Positions 50,225 to 59,879 of a DNA stretch of 64,000 bases are shown in pieces. The notes beneath the pieces were generated by a model. The model saw nothing but the letters and a program-made list of their open reading frames with translations, had not been told where the DNA came from and did no database searches. The position numbers and the translations under genes were made by a program. Position 1 is the first letter of the stretch; each line of letters opens with the position of its first letter. Location of the stretch: contig JAJRWI010000042.1 of assembly GCA_024276825.1 (NCBI GenBank), forward strand, positions 1 to 64,000, in the 5' to 3' direction. This stretch comes from an archaeon (lineage in GTDB: Archaea > Asgardarchaeota > Thorarchaeia > Thorarchaeales > Thorarchaeaceae).

Positions 50225-51232
50225 ATGAAAGAGTATGATGTTATACTTGCAAGTGGTGCTGAGCAGCTGAAAAAAAGATTTGAAAAACTTGGCTATCGCG
50301 TATTCACCTGTGAGATGAACTATGATGGGCGTCGAATGTTCCCCAATGCAGACATTTACGTTAGAATTGCAGATGTGGAAAAACTCTCAGGAAGAAAAGT
50401 CATTGTAGTCCAAAGCTGCACGGGGTCTGGTCCTTCGGAGAGCGAGTTCTACACAACATCTGACAGAGTTGTGGAACTGCTGCTTATACTGAGTATTCTT
50501 AATGATCCAAAAGGTGTCAATGAGGTTGGACATAAGCAATACGAGAGTTTTGATATTGAACCGCCCAAGCAAGTTGATGTTGTTCTCACATTCCAGCCAT
50601 TTGCCCTGCAAGACAAGGCGTTCAAGACCGGTGAAGCGGTTTCCAGTAGGTGGGCACTTTATGCAATTGCTGATCAATGTGATAAAATATGGATTGTCAA
50701 TCCTCACGCTCCTGAGAGTATAGATTGGGTGAGGGAGCTGATAAAGAAGGACGAGCTTGAGATAATTGATGTCACCCCAGACTTGATTAAATTTGGTGCG
50801 GAGAAGTTCTGCTATGATGATTATGTTGTGGTCACCCCTGATGAGGGTGGTCAGGAGCGCTTTTCATGTGAGGGGTTTGGAAAGAAGAGAAGCAACTCAT
50901 ATGCGGTTGAGCTCTCTGGCGAACTGGATGTCAAGGGCAAGAATGTCATTGTGATCGATGATCTTACAAAGAGCGGAAGCACACTTCTCGAAACCAAGGA
51001 GAGGCTCCTTAATCTTGGAGCCAAGAGCGTAGGAATGGCAGTAGTTCATGTATTGCCACTCATTGAGAAGGGAGAACAGCTATTGGTCAATCTGATTGCA
51101 AAGAGTAAGGCCAGAATAGTCACCACCAACACTATCTATACACATGTGTTCTGTCAGGCATATCCCCATCTCTCATACAACATTGTTGACTCATTAGTCA
51201 AGATATTCAATGGCCAAAAGCAGGAGTCATGA
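50225..51232 (+). CDS. Divergent ribose-phosphate pyrophosphokinase-like phosphoribosyltransferase
   Basis: FPNADIYVRI, QDKAFKTGEAVS, VVTPDEGG, VIDDLTKSGSTL. Confidence 0.8.
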   Translation: MKEYDVILASGAEQLKKRFEKLGYRVFTCEMNYDGRRMFPNADIYVRIADVEKLSGRKVIVVQSCTGSGPSESEFYTTSDRVVELLLILSILNDPKGVNEVGHKQYESFDIEPPKQVDVVLTFQPFALQDKAFKTGEAVSSRWALYAIADQCDKIWIVNPHAPESIDWVRELIKKDELEIIDVTPDLIKFGAEKFCYDDYVVVTPDEGGQERFSCEGFGKKRSNSYAVELSGELDVKGKNVIVIDDLTKSGSTLLETKERLLNLGAKSVGMAVVHVLPLIEKGEQLLVNLIAKSKARIVTTNTIYTHVFCQAYPHLSYNIVDSLVKIFNGQKQES

Positions 51233-51308
51233 TCGATCGGATAGCCAGTGAAAAGACATAATTGCATACTGGCCAGTCAATATTCATTGGAGAGAGTGGT
51301 GATTTATA

Positions 51309-52907
51309 GTGGTCAGACAATTAGCTCTAAAGTTCTTGTATCGGAATACTTCTTCTGGGATAAAGACTGCAAGCGATAACATGTCGCTTGCGATTGCATT
51401 TGCTCTTGTCGAGTCAAAGCGTGAAAGCAAGAAAATAACGGGAATGAGTTTCATCTCTCTACCATTCTGGGCAGTTCAGGTTTCTGAAGCAAGTTCCATT
51501 ATTTTGAATGCTTTTGGTGAAACTCAGAAACCATTCGAACTCACTGAGAACACAGCATTGGGATCAGTAAAGCGTTTGCTGAGTTCTGAAACAACAGATG
51601 CAAAGGCCATTCCTGAAGTTGTCAATAAGGCACTTCCACTTCTGGGCAAGATTGAGAAGAATGTGAAGTACATTAGAAATCTCGAGTCCCCGCACGAGCT
51701 TGCAGCATTGGGTTCAAACTTTGTTGAGATAGAGCCGGGTGTCTTTCCAAATCGCCTGGACACAAAACTCACATCGCAGGACGCATTGCAAATAAGTGAG
51801 GGATTTCAATCAATGGTGCAGACGGCCATTACAAAGATTGGAAGTCTGGAGGAGATTCAAAAGATTGCAAAAGACCAGTTAGAGGAAAGGCTTGTGACTC
51901 TTGAGAATGTGATTTTGTCAGAAAAGCAAAGGTGGGAGAAGAGGGCACGAACTCAAGAGGAGATTGAGGGATTAGAGATAGCTGAATTGACAGAAAAAAA
52001 GAGGGATCAACAGTACAAGATTGAAGAGAACTACAGGATTGCCAAACGTGTATTGACATCTGAATTTGCAAGAGATACGAGTGATCTAGAGATGTTTTTC
52101 TCGGGAATACTTGGAAGGATTCAAGAGGCTAGACTAGAAATAGGCCACAAGGCTGATGATTTCAAGGGTGCTGTTGAACTGTTCAAGCAACTGATCGAAG
52201 AACTCAACTCGCGAGTTCCCGAGTATAAGAAAGCAGTAGAGAAGATTCTTGAGAAGAGCGAGGAGATGCTTAACAAGTATCGTGAACTTGAACAAAATAT
52301 GGTGGCAGAGATGGAAGAGATTGCACGGTCGTTTGATTCTCAAATACGAGATAAGAAGCATAAACTTGTAGAGTTTAATATGGAGCGAAATAAGACTGAG
52401 ATAGAATTGGACGAGTTGCATGAACGAGTTGTTTCTGCAGTTAGGGGTATCCAAAGAGAATTACAGCGGCGATTGGATGAATTGCAGATGGAACTTAAAA
52501 GCATCAAAGAGTTCACATTCAGCAATGACCTAATCCCAAAGCTAGCACCTTTGACGATGGTAGATATTGAGATTGTAACGGTTGTCTTCAATAATGGTGA
52601 AGTTACTACATTCCCACCAATGTTAGCACCAAATGATCGCTTTGGAATACCACTAGAAACCAAGAGCCTGTCTGATGGTTTTAGCCAATATCTCAAGGAG
52701 TTAATCACCAGTATGAAGGGGAGCAGTCCAACATTCGAGAGGTCCTTGAAAATGGCAGTTGATTCTGCAAACCTGCTGAAGAAGGAAACTGGACTTGAAG
52801 AGCTAGCGAGTGGTCTTAATGAACTTCAGATGAGTCAACTATTGAAGGAGGGCGTGAGGGAGATGCTGATTGCAAGGTGGGAGGAATATGGAAAGATGGA
52901 GGAATAA
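51309..52907 (+). CDS. Long coiled-coil hypothetical protein
   Basis: 532 aa. Central ~250-aa heptad region flanked by small alpha/beta segments. No Walker motifs seen. Confidence 0.8.
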   Translation: MVRQLALKFLYRNTSSGIKTASDNMSLAIAFALVESKRESKKITGMSFISLPFWAVQVSEASSIILNAFGETQKPFELTENTALGSVKRLLSSETTDAKAIPEVVNKALPLLGKIEKNVKYIRNLESPHELAALGSNFVEIEPGVFPNRLDTKLTSQDALQISEGFQSMVQTAITKIGSLEEIQKIAKDQLEERLVTLENVILSEKQRWEKRARTQEEIEGLEIAELTEKKRDQQYKIEENYRIAKRVLTSEFARDTSDLEMFFSGILGRIQEARLEIGHKADDFKGAVELFKQLIEELNSRVPEYKKAVEKILEKSEEMLNKYRELEQNMVAEMEEIARSFDSQIRDKKHKLVEFNMERNKTEIELDELHERVVSAVRGIQRELQRRLDELQMELKSIKEFTFSNDLIPKLAPLTMVDIEIVTVVFNNGEVTTFPPMLAPNDRFGIPLETKSLSDGFSQYLKELITSMKGSSPTFERSLKMAVDSANLLKKETGLEELASGLNELQMSQLLKEGVREMLIARWEEYGKMEE

Positions 52908-52926
52908 GCTTGAAACGTTATGCTTC

Positions 52927-53235
52927 CTATTCAGTAATGTAGGGCTCTGCCTTGGATGTTGCAATCCAAGCCTTCTTTGAATGGCGCTCCACAAGTTTCT
53001 CCTTTTCCAGTCTGACCAGTGCAGAAACAACAGTATTCTGATCACATTCAATGCCTTTGTTCTTCAAGATCCTGGTCAGAGCTGAAGGTCTATGACTGTC
53101 CTTGATTATTAATTTCAGGACCTCGAGCTCAATCGATGAGAGTGATTCGACCATATTTACCACTTTGTGAGGTTCCTCGAGAGATTCTTTTAAGCATATC
53201 TCTCTGGATAAAGCAATGTATGGCCTAATGCACAA
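52927..53235 (-). CDS. Small winged-helix DNA-binding protein
   Basis: LSSIELEVLKLI...RPSALTRIL...VVSALVRLEKEKLVE...WIAT. Confidence 0.7.
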   Translation of the reverse strand: MCIRPYIALSREICLKESLEEPHKVVNMVESLSSIELEVLKLIIKDSHRPSALTRILKNKGIECDQNTVVSALVRLEKEKLVERHSKKAWIATSKAEPYITE

Positions 53236-53280
53236 GCAATTTATTCAGACCTTAGCGTAATCAAATGGGATGCAAGACTT

Positions 53281-54024
53281 ATGAGCGAAGAAAGAGAATA
53301 TCATATTGGAATTGCATTGGGTGAGATCCCACCGCTTGTTCTTCTTCCAGGCGATCCGGACAGGGCGCGAAAGATTGCCGAGAGTTTTTTTGAAAATGCC
53401 AGAGAGATCGCTAAGAACAGGGAATATTGGAGTTTCAAGGGCGAGTATAATGGAGTTCCAGTTGCAGTATGCTCTACGGGCATAGGATGTCCATCAGCAG
53501 CAATTGCGATTGAAGAGCTGATACATGTAGGATGCAAGGTCTTCATCCGTGTAGGAACAGCAGGTGCTATCAACAGCTCGATTCAAGCAGGCGACCTGGT
53601 CATATTCACGGGTTCGGTCCGGGAGGATGGCACATCTAAACAATATGTGCCGATCAACTTTCCAGCAGTGGCAGACTTCGAGGTAGTGGAGGCTCTGAGA
53701 AAAGCGGCAGAAGACAGAGGTCTCAAGCATCATGTGGGCATTGGGCACAGCAAGGATGCATTCTACAGTGAGCACTCGGATTATACGACCGATCCATCTG
53801 GCACAAAGAAAAGATGGAACATCCTCAAAAGGAGTGGTGTATTAGCAACTGAAATGGAAGCGGCATCACTCTTCATAATTGGTCAGCTTAGAGGAGTCAA
53901 GGTGGGCACTGTATGTACTGTCATTGGTGAGCCTGTTGAGAAAGAGGCCAAGATCACCTTCAAGCCACCGATTGACAACATGATTCTGACGGCTCTTGAT
54001 GCATTGATATCATTTAAAGTGTGA
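53281..54024 (+). CDS. udp: Uridine phosphorylase family nucleoside phosphorylase
   Basis: YHI, PGDPDRA, NREY, STGIGCPSAAI, RVGTAG, EMEAA. Confidence 0.9.
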   Translation: MSEEREYHIGIALGEIPPLVLLPGDPDRARKIAESFFENAREIAKNREYWSFKGEYNGVPVAVCSTGIGCPSAAIAIEELIHVGCKVFIRVGTAGAINSSIQAGDLVIFTGSVREDGTSKQYVPINFPAVADFEVVEALRKAAEDRGLKHHVGIGHSKDAFYSEHSDYTTDPSGTKKRWNILKRSGVLATEMEAASLFIIGQLRGVKVGTVCTVIGEPVEKEAKITFKPPIDNMILTALDALISFKV

Positions 54025-54029
54025 GGAGG

Positions 54030-54839
54030 TCAGCTGATGCCTCCAAAGAACACCTTCTTTTGTACCTCCACTAGAATGCCTTCAGCCTCTGATGCTGAAA
54101 TGCCAAGCATCTGTGCCAGTTGATCTGAACTTGTTGCAACGAGCTCGGTCTCCGATGTGAAGCCAGCCTGAATGATCTTTTGAATTGTTGGTCCAGGTAT
54201 CCCAATCTCATTCAAAAAGTTCATGAGCTTCTGTTTGGCTGCCTCAGTGCTTGCAGGACGTGGCGGTGCTGGCGTGGTTGGTGGAGGAGTTGCGGGCTCA
54301 GCAGGTCTTTCAGTCTCAGGTTTGCCAGCTGGTTTCAGACCTTCCAATGCGGACTTCGTAGTAGTTTTCATGATACCATAGACAAATGATGGTCTGAGAA
54401 TAAATGCCCCAAATATCATGAATACTAGAATCATGGGGATTAGTATTATTGAATTGATAGTGACTCCGACGATTGTTCCACCAAGACCAGGACTTGGAAG
54501 AGCATTTTCAACGCCCACAGTAAACAGCTTGATAATGGAGTATCCGGTCATCTCTGCTGCGAAGAAAAGCCATAGCGGAGCGAAAAAGGCAAATCCACCA
54601 ACCTCAAAGAGAAGAAGCTCTCTGAGCATTTCGCGTTTCATGAACCTGACGATTATCAATGGGGCCACAAAGATAACTGCTGAAACTAGAAACCATAGAA
54701 CGTAGAGATTCCAAAGAGTGCCAAGAATCAGCGGGTCAGTCACACCAAAACCCAGTACGTTAATCACTGCAGCACCAATGAACATTATTCCCGGAATTAT
54801 TGCACCGAGCAGAACACCAAGACCGTATCTCAACCTCAT
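54030..54839 (-). CDS. Multi-pass membrane protein with Pro-rich linker and C-terminal helix-hairpin-helix domain
   Basis: About four hydrophobic segments. GIPGPTIQKIIQAGFTSETELVATSSDQLAQMLGISASEAEGIL resembles the RadA/Rad51 N-terminal HhH. Confidence 0.7.
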   Translation of the reverse strand: MRLRYGLGVLLGAIIPGIMFIGAAVINVLGFGVTDPLILGTLWNLYVLWFLVSAVIFVAPLIIVRFMKREMLRELLLFEVGGFAFFAPLWLFFAAEMTGYSIIKLFTVGVENALPSPGLGGTIVGVTINSIILIPMILVFMIFGAFILRPSFVYGIMKTTTKSALEGLKPAGKPETERPAEPATPPPTTPAPPRPASTEAAKQKLMNFLNEIGIPGPTIQKIIQAGFTSETELVATSSDQLAQMLGISASEAEGILVEVQKKVFFGGIS

Positions 54840-54948
54840 CTCACCTTTGCGAATATGACATGAAACAATTGCATTACGGTCTTTTAGGTGTTTTCGATAC
54901 ATGAGAAAACAGTCATAAGAGTGAGCAAGATGAGTCATCAAGAAGAAA

Positions 54949-56031
54949 ATGAGACCTTTCTTTGTGATTGGCACCAGGCCCGAGATAATCAAGATGGCAC
55001 CACTTCTATGGTATTGCGATAAGATGGAGATAGACTACTTCTTTCTTCATACTGGACAACATTACTCGCAATTCATGAGTGATTCGTTCTTCAAGGACAT
55101 GAGTATTAGGAGCCCCGATAAGAATCTCAGTATAGGCTCAGGCACACAGGCAGAACAGACTGCCAGGGCCATGATTGGTATTGAGAAGGAGTTGATGGAA
55201 GATCAACCAGATGTGGTGCTTGTTCAGGGAGATACAAACGCTGTTCTTTCAGCCGCAATAGCCGCAGCAAAATTGCACATTCCAGTGGGGCATGTAGAAG
55301 CAGGTCTACGAAGTTATGATATCAGAATGCCAGAGGAACACAATCGACGGCTGACGGATCATGTATCCCAGTTTCTATTTGCCCCCACTAAGAAGTCAGC
55401 GGAAATCTTGAGGTCTGAAAATGTCTGGGGCGAGATTCATATCACAGGCAATACGATTATTGATGCCATGGAAGACAGACTGAAAATCGCTAAGAAACGA
55501 CCCCTCCCATATATCATCAAAGACCTGAAGAGCTTTGTTCTTTTGACCATGCATCGTGCTGAGAATGTGGATGACAAAGAAACGCTTACTGGGATTGTTG
55601 AGGGAGTATTATCATTAGATAGAAACATTGTCTTTCCAATCCATCCAAGAACAATCAAAAGGTTGAATGAGTTCAATCTGATAGACAGGTTCACTTCAAG
55701 AGGTTCTGTGCATCTTATTGAGCCTATAGGATATCTCGATTTTCTAAACATAATGTCAAGAAGCGAGTTCATCCTTACTGATTCAGGGGGGATTCAAGAA
55801 GAGGCCACTGCCCCATCCATGAATAAGAAGGTGTTCGTCATGAGAACCTCTACCGAGAGACCAGAGGCTGTTGACTCGGGCCATGCGACAGTTGTGGGGG
55901 TGGATCCCAATAGATTTCCAAGAATTATACTGGAAGAGGTTAAGAAAGGACTAGTTAGTGAACGTAAATGCCCTTATGGCAATGGCAGAGCTGCCGAACG
56001 AATTATGCAGATTCTTCTAAATAGATTATGA
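54949..56031 (+). CDS. wecB: UDP-N-acetylglucosamine 2-epimerase (non-hydrolysing)
   Basis: GTRPEIIKMAP, HTGQHY, VQGDT, HVEAGLRS, PEEHNR, HRAEN, TDSGGIQEE. Confidence 0.95.
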   Translation: MRPFFVIGTRPEIIKMAPLLWYCDKMEIDYFFLHTGQHYSQFMSDSFFKDMSIRSPDKNLSIGSGTQAEQTARAMIGIEKELMEDQPDVVLVQGDTNAVLSAAIAAAKLHIPVGHVEAGLRSYDIRMPEEHNRRLTDHVSQFLFAPTKKSAEILRSENVWGEIHITGNTIIDAMEDRLKIAKKRPLPYIIKDLKSFVLLTMHRAENVDDKETLTGIVEGVLSLDRNIVFPIHPRTIKRLNEFNLIDRFTSRGSVHLIEPIGYLDFLNIMSRSEFILTDSGGIQEEATAPSMNKKVFVMRTSTERPEAVDSGHATVVGVDPNRFPRIILEEVKKGLVSERKCPYGNGRAAERIMQILLNRL

Positions 56032-56126
56032 ATTCGGGTCAAGTATTGTAATTTTGATGAAATCTTATTAGGTGGAGTCACAAGGGGAACATCAAGCAAT
56101 TCACATTGAACTAGGAGTACACACTG

Positions 56127-56297
56127 ATGTCATTCATTGTTAAGAAGAGTGTTCAAGAGTTTGCGAAAAAAAACAACATCAAAGTAAGTAAGGAGTTCTA
56201 CAAGGCATTGGACAAGGAGGTCGAATTGTTGCTAAGGAGAGCGAATAAGCGATGCCTTGAGAACAAAAGAAAGACATTGATGGCATACGATGTATAA
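56127..56297 (+). CDS. Unannotated 56-aa alpha3-truncated histone-fold protein (MSFIVKKSVQEFAKKNNIKVSKEFYKALDKEVELLLRRANKRCLENKRKTLMAYDV)
   Basis: Below the track size cut-off. AGGAG SD. Histone L1 KVS, long alpha2, terminal RKTxxxxD motif. Confidence 0.85.
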   Translation: MSFIVKKSVQEFAKKNNIKVSKEFYKALDKEVELLLRRANKRCLENKRKTLMAYDV

Positions 56298-56321
56298 CAA
56301 TATAGCCCCCAGCTATGATCC

Positions 56322-56357
56322 CCGGAGACCGCATTTAGCTGCAGTCTCCGGTTTTTT
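56322..56357 (+). terminator. Strong hairpin plus T-tract after the small histone gene
   Basis: CCGGAGAC...GTCTCCGG stem followed by TTTTTT. Confidence 0.7.
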
Positions 56358-56396
56358 CAATTGTTTTCTGGCATTTCGTGAGATTGCTCGTTGGTC

Positions 56397-57299
56397 TTAT
56401 TCTTCTTTTGGAATAAAAGTGACTGAATTGAACATCTCATTTAATTCATTCTTAAGATGTTGCTTGGCAATGCCTGTAAAGAGGACTACTTCTTTGAGTT
56501 GTGTCACATAACCCAGGGCGTCAAATTTAAAGAGTTCAGGATTTTTAGGAGCAAGTCCAGAACGATATTCGAATTCATTTCCCTCAAGATTCAATGATTC
56601 CACCGTATCAGATTCAATCATCATAGATCTCATGATATTGGCAAATTGTTCTCTTTCCGAGTCATCTTTTACTGAAACTGATCTAATAATTAGTATTGAA
56701 TCATTAGTAGGATGTCTATATTCACCATGAGTATATGTTGATATCATAATTATCGATGGAAAGAAAGACCGTTGATTCTTGAAGTCAATGTGAACCATAT
56801 GAGGAAACCATCTGAGTGAGTCAGGTTTTGCGAGTCTATCTTCAACCTTCATTTGGAAGTAGTACCTCTTTGAAAAAGAGCCAATTGTGAGCGCCAAGGC
56901 AATTTTAGCAATTTTCTTGATAGTAGCCTTTGCACTCGGTTCTTCTTTCACTTTGAGCCCAAATTCAATCTCATAGTCACCCGCGTCTGTAGTTGTATGT
57001 GTGACTATTGGAAGAAGCATCATTGCCTGTGCATTTGGCTTAATAGTGGACTGTAATGTTTTGCTTGGTCCTACCCAGAAGTTGTTTGGAGCTGCATCCA
57101 TACACTCGAAGATCCTCCCTCCAATGAGTCCCTTCTTTTTTATGGCAGTTATGCCAATGGTAGGAGTGAGATTCTTTTGTGTGGGATTAAAGAACTCGAA
57201 TATCAGCACAGATTCTTGGCCCTTATTGACCTTCCAAGGCAATATGCTAGCTTTGTAGCGTATTCCTTCAGGTCCCTTCTTATATTCTCTTAAATTCAT
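56397..57299 (-). CDS. Hypothetical protein (AT-rich gene; Ig-like N-terminal half)
   Basis: 300-aa ORF, GGGGGA SD, beta-rich N-terminus ending AGDYEIEF. Confidence 0.65.
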   Translation of the reverse strand: MNLREYKKGPEGIRYKASILPWKVNKGQESVLIFEFFNPTQKNLTPTIGITAIKKKGLIGGRIFECMDAAPNNFWVGPSKTLQSTIKPNAQAMMLLPIVTHTTTDAGDYEIEFGLKVKEEPSAKATIKKIAKIALALTIGSFSKRYYFQMKVEDRLAKPDSLRWFPHMVHIDFKNQRSFFPSIIMISTYTHGEYRHPTNDSILIIRSVSVKDDSEREQFANIMRSMMIESDTVESLNLEGNEFEYRSGLAPKNPELFKFDALGYVTQLKEVVLFTGIAKQHLKNELNEMFNSVTFIPKEE

Positions 57300-57516
57300 A
57301 AATATCCCCCGCTTATTTTGTTGTTTTTATTTTATAATAGTTATAGAAAAAATATCCAGAATAATTATTAAGGATGATAAGAACCAGTGCTCAGAATGGA
57401 TTATTGCTATTATCATCGAGTTGCTAGAGTTACTAGATTCAAAAAGTGGTTTTCACTATATCGTCATTCTTATTATTGCTTCATCTGGATTATCAGTTAA
57501 TAATGGGGTCATATTA

Positions 57517-58296
57517 ATGAAGCAAATTGTAATGACTAATGACGATGGGCATTCAAGTAAGGGACTCACGGCACTTGCTAAACAGCTCGCGAAAAAGTAT
57601 AGGGTGACCATTGTGGTTCCAAATAGTCAAAGAAGCGCAACTGGTAAGGCCCTAACACTTAATCAACCACTTCGCATTTATGATCGTGGCAAGGTAGATG
57701 GTTATCAGTTGATCACTCATGATGGCACTCCAGCAGACTCTGTGATTCTGGCAAAGGAGTTTGTTGACAGCATTGACTTTTTTGTGTCAGGAATCAACAT
57801 GGGAGCTAATCTCGGTTATCAAAGTATGGCAACCAGTGGTACAGTAGGTGCAATAGTAGAGGCAGCAATCATGGGATATCGGGGAATTGCAGTATCCCGC
57901 GTAGTAAATACACATCAGTGGTTTCATTATTCAGACTCAAACAGAGATTACAGTCGTGAGATTGAGGTGACAACTGAAATAATTGACAAAATAATTGAGT
58001 TCGGACTGCCGGCTGGTATTGATGCCTTGAATATCAACTTCCCATGTGATGTGTTGGATACAAGTAGGATCGTTGTCACTAGGCCAATACGTGCAAGAAT
58101 GCATAACACGTTAGACAAGCGGATTGACCCCAATGGTAGTCCCTATTACTGGATTGAAGGTCATGAGAATGATCCAGAACCCGGAACAGATGCCTTTGAA
58201 GTATTGAAAAATGGAAATATAGCTGTTTCTCCAATAGTCATTGACTATGTAAGCGATGCCATTCTTGAGTCATTAGGAGCCTTTATTGATAGATAA
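57517..58296 (+). CDS. surE: 5'/3'-nucleotidase SurE
   Basis: MTNDDG, QRSATG, DGTPAD, SGINMGANLG, SGTVGA, NINFP, YYWI. Confidence 0.93.
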   Translation: MKQIVMTNDDGHSSKGLTALAKQLAKKYRVTIVVPNSQRSATGKALTLNQPLRIYDRGKVDGYQLITHDGTPADSVILAKEFVDSIDFFVSGINMGANLGYQSMATSGTVGAIVEAAIMGYRGIAVSRVVNTHQWFHYSDSNRDYSREIEVTTEIIDKIIEFGLPAGIDALNINFPCDVLDTSRIVVTRPIRARMHNTLDKRIDPNGSPYYWIEGHENDPEPGTDAFEVLKNGNIAVSPIVIDYVSDAILESLGAFIDR

Positions 58297-58317
58297 TCAA
58301 GGAATTCATTAGCACCA

Positions 58318-58455
58318 TCAATGATAATGTGATTCCTTGCCATTCAAAGGCGTCATTCTTCCGAAAACGCGCTGAACCAATTCATTTAGTGTGGGATGAG
58401 TGTGGATTGTCTTAAACATTGGAATGAATGTCCTATCGCCAGCATACAAGAGGTC
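58318..58455 (-). pseudogene. 3' remnant of a pyridine nucleotide-disulfide oxidoreductase (dihydrolipoamide dehydrogenase-like dimerisation domain)
   Basis: Reads LYAGDRTFIPMFKTIHTHPTLNELVQRVFGRM... (HPTxxE motif). Similarity ends upstream and the frame is closed by TAA near 58515. Confidence 0.65.
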
Positions 58456-58710
58456 GGGTTGAGATAGATGGGCAGAGCTTGAATAAAGTTGGACACTTGT
58501 AAAACAAATAGCTGATTAAAAGTCTGAATTAATGCAAGTTTGGTAGTTCTCATGTAAGATTCGCTCTTAAAATGTGCCCAGTGCCATTTTGTGGGGGGAC
58601 AGGACTCAAATGTTCAAGCTCGCCCAATTAATAATAAACAGTAGACTAAGTTATATTGATAAATCCAGATATGGATATATAGGGGATATTAAACTGATGC
58701 TTTCATATCA

Positions 58711-59727
58711 TCACTTGTGTTTGAGACCTGTCCACAATGCATCAGTTTCTGGTCGTGGCAGTAATGAAGATTGTGAGTCCTTGATGAGTAGTCGTCTTGC
58801 TGGGTCATTAATGGTCTTCCCAATCACAGTTGCATCAACGCCTGACCTTGTGATGGCATCAATCACCTCATCAACCTTGGAATGACTACAAGTCAGTAGC
58901 ATAGTCCCACTTGATATCAGACTATAGACATCTACTTCAAGAGCATCACATATCTTGCTAGTCACAGGATGAATAGGTATCATATCATGATTAATCTTGC
59001 AACCCACATTGCTTGCATCACAAATCTCATGAATGCCCCCAAATACTCCTCCCTCAGTAGGATCATGCATCGCAGTCACATAGCCTGTTTCAAAAGCGGC
59101 AATGCCTTCAGCAACGACACTGATTTGAAACCGCATCTGCTGGGCTTGATAGAGAACATCATCAGGCACCTTTCCATGAAGATAGGAACTACATTCGGTG
59201 GCCAAGATTGAAGTCCCCTCAATAGCAGCAGTTTTTGTCATGATTATTGCATCACCTGGCTGTGCTCCAGAAGAGGTGACATATTTGCCATGTTTGGTCA
59301 ACCCATGCATGATTCCAACAATTATCGGGTGTGAAACCGCCTCAGTTATCTCAGTATGGCCTCCCACTACAGCGATGCCAAGTGATCTTGCAGCCTCATC
59401 TATCTGCAACATTATTCTTTCAAGGTCTTTAGAGGTAGAGCCATCAGGGAGAAGTATTGATGCAAGAAACCATCGAGGGCGTACGCCAAAGGTAGCAATA
59501 TCATTGGCATTGATATGAACTGCAAGCCAGCCAACATCCTCAATTGACCCCGTGATTGGATCGGTGCTTGCAATGAGATCCTTATCGCCAATCCTGATGA
59601 CAGATGCATCCTGACCTATTTCTGGACCGATGATCACATCCGAGTCGCTAGCACCAAGGTTCTTGAAGACTATCCGTGTCAATATTTCTGGAGGGACTTT
59701 TCCTGGCTTCAATTGAACATGCTCCAT
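58711..59727 (-). CDS. AIR synthase-related / HypE-like protein
   Basis: GKVP, IGQDA, STDPITG, NANDIAT, GGHTE, MHDPTEGG, LISSG. Confidence 0.85.
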   Translation of the reverse strand: MEHVQLKPGKVPPEILTRIVFKNLGASDSDVIIGPEIGQDASVIRIGDKDLIASTDPITGSIEDVGWLAVHINANDIATFGVRPRWFLASILLPDGSTSKDLERIMLQIDEAARSLGIAVVGGHTEITEAVSHPIIVGIMHGLTKHGKYVTSSGAQPGDAIIMTKTAAIEGTSILATECSSYLHGKVPDDVLYQAQQMRFQISVVAEGIAAFETGYVTAMHDPTEGGVFGGIHEICDASNVGCKINHDMIPIHPVTSKICDALEVDVYSLISSGTMLLTCSHSKVDEVIDAITRSGVDATVIGKTINDPARRLLIKDSQSSLLPRPETDALWTGLKHK

Positions 59728-59879
59728 TGGTTTGGTGCGCATGGGTCCTGTTGCTGATGCATGAAAAGACAATTCATTGACACCCAGACTGGGCTCTCCT
59801 TGCTCACTATGACACCAGCCATTTGTTCCCATGCGCCGCTGGATTAAGAACAGTATCCGCATATAACGGATTTCATGAG

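Noticed and set aside
51309-52907. SMC/Rad50 ATPase
   Set aside because: No Walker A/B or signature motif
58460-58610. Possible IS terminal sequence (AAAGTTGGACAC)
   Set aside because: No matching second end, target duplication or transposase visible
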